A DNA stretch of 64,000 nucleotides from Moniliella sp. 'wahieum' (Eukaryota), in contig RSEE01000004.1 in NCBI GenBank assembly GCA_003971905.1, positions 744,001 through 808,000 of the forward strand, given 5' to 3'. Numbering within the stretch: the stretch's first letter is position 1; the number at the start of each line of letters is the position of its first letter. Of the stretch, positions 60,196 to 64,000 are shown piece after piece. Below the pieces are notes generated by a model. The model was not told where the DNA came from and searched no databases. It worked only from the letters and a program-made list of their open reading frames with translations. The position numbers were made by a program, and so were the translations under genes.

Positions 60196-63100
60196 ATGCT
60201 TGTGCCCCGCCCCTGTTGGCCGTCTGGCCATGGCCGCGCGCACGAGCGTGCGTGCCGGCGCTCTCGCCGCTCCCCGCCGCTCCCTGCTCTGCTCGCCCCC
60301 CCATCGCACCGCCTCCTCCTCCTCCTCGCCATCGCCATCGCCATCGCCATCGCCATCGTCCGCGGCACCCGCTGAGCCCGACAGCCACAACTCGATTCGT
60401 CCCGCCCCTTCTTCTCCTCCTGCTCCTTCTCCTGCTCCTTCTTCTCCACCCCCAACATCGCACCCAACCACAGATGCGTCCGTTTCCGCGCCCGTTTCCA
60501 CACCCGTTTCCACACCTGTTTCCGCCACCACACCCGTCCCCCCACCTCCCCGCCTACGAAGCCAAAGCCGACGGTCGCCTCGACGCTTGAAACTGTCTCA
60601 ACCATCTTGCGTGCTCCTGGCCGCCTGACCCGCTCCACTCTGCAACAGACGCGCCAGGCTGCGCTTACCCTGCAAGAGCGTACGGCCGCCTCCCGTGCCC
60701 GCGCCCAGCGTGCCTGGCAACGCGCTCAGCTCCACCCAGTCCTGGGTCCTGTGCTGCGTCTGCTCGTCCGTCTCTGGGCACAGTTAACGGGTGCGATTCG
60801 CGCTGCCTGGCGCGCTGCCGCTGCGCGCGTGGCCAGTCGCCCCGCTGCGCAAAACACCCAGTTGGCGCTGGCGGCCGAAAAGCAAGTTGCTGGCCGGTTG
60901 GGACTCGCTTTTGGGACCGACCGCAATCGCGCGGCAGCAGCCTTGGCCTTGGCCCTGCTGGGTGCCGCGGCGACGCTTGTCTTGCCCTGGGTGGCGGGCG
61001 GGTTGGTGGATGGGTATGCGGCGCGCTTGAGCCAGCCGCTGCGGACGGGGACGTGCCCCGGGCGGGCGGGGTGTGGGGCAAGTTGTCCTTGACGGGGTGG
61101 CGACTGTGTTGCTGGTGCTTTTGGCCGCGCGGGCGGGCGGTCAGACGGGTGGGACACTCTTGTTCCAACTGGCTTCCGTTCGCACTTCCACTCGCCTTCG
61201 TACGGCTGTAGGGGAGAAACTGTTGGCAGCTGACGCGCCTTGGGCGCAAGCTCATGGTCGTCTGGCTGCGCAGGCAGCCAACAAAGACTTGGCGACGCTC
61301 TGTACGTTGGATTCCTGTCTGTTTCCTCGTGGTTGATTGGCATGGTACTGACCAGACTCGGTGGCCAGCTGCCTCTTTGCAGGGCTCCGTCCTGCCTCTG
61401 GTCGGCCAGGGCGCAGTGGCAACGGGTAGTGCGGTCGCGCTGGTCTCGTCGGCACCTGTGCTGGCTTTAATTCTGGCGGTACTGGTGCCCGCTCTGAGCC
61501 GGGCGACCTATGTCTACGAACGGTTCCTCTCGCACCAGGCCGAGGACGTGGCTGCGTTGCGGCAAAGCGTGGGGTCGGCCTTGGAGCATTCGTTCCCCCC
61601 CGCTACCGAAACACATCACTTGAGCCAACCCAACGGGAAAAAGACCAAACCGACACCGCCACGTACTTGACCATGAAGCGACTAGGCCAAGAAGGAGAGG
61701 TAGCCGCCTCGTTGGCACGACACGTTGACGCGCTCGCGCAGGCCGAACGCGCCCAGGCCCAGGCGTGGGGGATCCATTCCGGTGGAGCTGGCTTACTGGG
61801 CAATGGAGTGGCTCTCGCGCTCCTTGGCTACGGCGGTCTGTTGGTCGCGCGTGGCACCCTCTCACCGGGGGCACTGGTCTCCCTCTCGTTGTACACTGCT
61901 CTCCTTGGCAACGCGCTCCCGCCCACCCGTGCGGCCTATTCGCAGACGGCCAATGGGCTGGCCGCTGCCAAACGGTTGTTTGACTTGCTGGAACCCACAG
62001 GGGCGAGCCAACCCAGGCCCGGGCTCTCCCCGGGGACCAGCCCCCCGGTCCCAACTCTTTGGTGCAGTTTATCAACGTATCTACTCGGCCCGGCGCCGAG
62101 CCCGTACTGAACAAGGCCGATCTCACCGTGCCGGCGGGGCAGAGTGCCGTGTTTGTGGTACCGCCCAGGACCGAGTTCCAGCCCGGAGCGGGGCGTCAGT
62201 GTTTGACTTGGTGCAGGGCTTGGCCGTTCCCCAAGATGGACAAGTGCAGGTGGATGGCGCACCTCGTTCGCCCGGCTGTCTGCGCAAGGCTTTTGTCGCC
62301 GTCGAGGCTCTCCCCTCGTTTGGCGCGGACCAGACCATTGGTCAGGCCATTGCTTCGGGCGCCGAAGCAGGCGCACGCGTGGCGACTGACAAGGAGCTGG
62401 AGCGAGCAATCCAATGGGCTCAGTGCGACAATCTAGCTGTTTCTCCGGGTCTGGACGCCCCTGCCAAAGACCTGAGCGGTACAAATGCCTGGCGTGTCGG
62501 CTTGGCCCGCGCCTTGGTTCGTGTCCAGACCCAGACTGGCTCGGCGGATTCCAGTCCTCCCGTCCTCCTTCTCGATCTGCGCGGGGTGGAGCGGGCTGCC
62601 TCCCTAGCCGAACCCGGGGGGGCAGGGCGCCTACCTCGCCGCGCAGGCCATTGCCGCCACTCACAAAGCCGTAGGGGCACCCATCTGGATCCTCTCCTCG
62701 CTTGGCACGTCCAAATCCATTTGGCCTCAGCTCCAGCCCATGTGCTTGTCCTCTCTCCTGAAGGCCAGGTGGTGCAAGCAGGCTCGCTCGACACGGTCGA
62801 TCTGCCCGGCTCTGCATTCCAAACGATGCTAGCCAAGGCGCGTCTGCTCCTTCTCCTCTGTCTGCACCGGGCCCTGAGGACCCTCACCATCGTCTTGCTC
62901 TGGCGGGACGTGCTCCGTTGTCGGGGGCCCTGGGCTCGCCCCAAGCGCCAACGTTCAAGCCTCCGGGCCAACAAACGGTCGCCTTGCACACCTCGGCTCG
63001 CCGCATGGACGCACTCAACCAGACCGAGCAGTGGAGCGTTGCGGAGGCCACTGCTGCCCCGTTACGCCCCCTCTCCCCTGCCCAGCTCGACGCGCTGCAT

Positions 63101-63232
63101 CTTCATGCTCAGCTCGCACCACCGAGCTGGCCTGGGGCACCGCCAGCGCCAGAGGATCTGGACGAAATGTTGGCCATGTTCCATTCGGTCCAAACCAAAG
63201 ACCTCCAAGCCAACGAGAAAGGCGAGCCATGA
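60196..63232 (+). CDS. Mitochondrial ABCB (Mdl1/ABCB10-like) half-transporter with degenerate nucleotide-binding domain
   Basis: R/A/S/L-rich presequence-like N-terminus. ABC-membrane-like segments (LVLPWVAGGLVD, LLGYGGLLVARGTLSPGALVSLSLY, GLAAAKRLFDLLE). NBD remnants (VQFINVS...PVLNKADLTVPAGQ, PQDGQVQVDG, LSGTNAWRVGLARAL, PVLLLD). Confidence 0.7.
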
Positions 63233-63682
63233 GGCGTAAGGCGCCCAAAAATGAGAAGTGAGAAGATGCATTTTCTTGGACCTGGTGAGCCAAAGTGGCC
63301 GGTGGATAGCGCAGCTATGTGTGGGAGGGTGGACAGGTAGTTGAGAGGCATGGATAGGCACGATGATCGAGATTGATGATCGATGAACGTTGAACTGGAG
63401 ACGAACTACGGTCATATGGCACAACCAACTGATTCTCTCGGCCCAATTTCGCTGTGGGGTGTGCACGTTATGAAGTCCAGATATTTTCTGCAAAAGATGG
63501 TATGGACATGAAGTCTTCTCCTGAGGCTTGAAGCTGGGTATGGGACTCCAGAGCGAAGGGAGAAAGAGAAAGCAAGCTGGGCCAGGCGATGGGGGTAGCC
63601 AGAGATCCAAGACGTCAGCCTGGCCCGACAGCCAGCAGAAGGGGAAATGTGTTATTGTGCAACCTGTAATTCTAGCAGCCAG

Positions 63683-64000
63683 TCAGTACCGAAACCATAC
63701 AATGGAGCGGGGAATAGGACATACTGTGTATCTAGCGGGGGCAAAAACAGAACGGGGCCAAAGTGGCTGGGGAGGTGAGATCGAGGATTTTGATAGTGGG
63801 CAATGGAGTCGGGGCGTGTCAGGATTAACACCACCACCTTCCTTGTCCACGTTGACAGAATGCCGCTTTTCGCCCAGTGCGGGCCAGTCAGCCGCCGAGA
63901 AGGCTGGTGGGCGATGGACGCGCGCGCGGGGCGTGGATGGGATTTTGGGCGCGGCGGGGGCCATGCGGGGGGTCTGAGGTATCGGGGTATGTTCTGGGGC
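63683..64000 (-). CDS. 3' part of a gene running off the window end (Pro-rich)
   Basis: Open frame with APAAPKIPSTPRARVHRPPAFSAADWPALG; true stop uncertain. Confidence 0.35.
   Translation of the reverse strand, partial: APEHTPIPQTPRMAPAAPKIPSTPRARVHRPPAFSAADWPALGEKRHSVNVDKEGGGVNPDTPRLHCPLSKSSISPPQPLWPRSVFAPARYTVCPIPRSIVWFRY

Noticed and set aside
59886..60590. ORF with (RH)n and poly-Leu
   Set aside because: Alternative frame of CGCCAT and CTC repeats; the Ser/Pro frame after a presequence-like segment fits the ABC gene better.

Overview
Gene-dense, GC-rich eukaryotic DNA with short GT-AG introns carrying CTRAC/CTAAC branch points. It is most consistent with a basidiomycete fungus, probably Ustilaginomycotina-like (inferred from protein style, not a search). 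About 24 genes are visible. Recognisable ones are ROT1, a degenerate mitochondrial-carrier-like protein, a long coiled-coil protein, a Ser/Thr-rich single-pass membrane protein, RPS24, a divergent SLC35/TPT transporter, a bacterial-type FAD dehydrogenase, kinesin-6, MPDU1, JIP5/WDR55, actin, proteasome beta-3, gephyrin/CnxE, Chk1, a secreted aspartic protease, PIP5K/Mss4, a DHA1 MFS transporter and a mitochondrial ABCB-like half-transporter with degenerate ATPase motifs; several are orphans. Most genes, even actin and Chk1, are broken by single-base indels, often in homopolymers. This points to an unpolished long-read assembly, so gene boundaries are approximate. No rRNA, tRNA, CRISPR array or recognisable transposon was found. 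The most unusual observations are: (1) intergenic DNA built from patches of palindrome-seeded micro-repeats (ATCGAT, GCTNAGC, GTSAC, ATGCAT/ACATGT, AACGTT); (2) a probable pseudo-ATPase ABC protein; (3) a disordered orphan with a TOS-like FEMEL motif; (4) a stand-alone orphan domain next to Chk1. I cannot support a claim of a wholly new multi-gene system.
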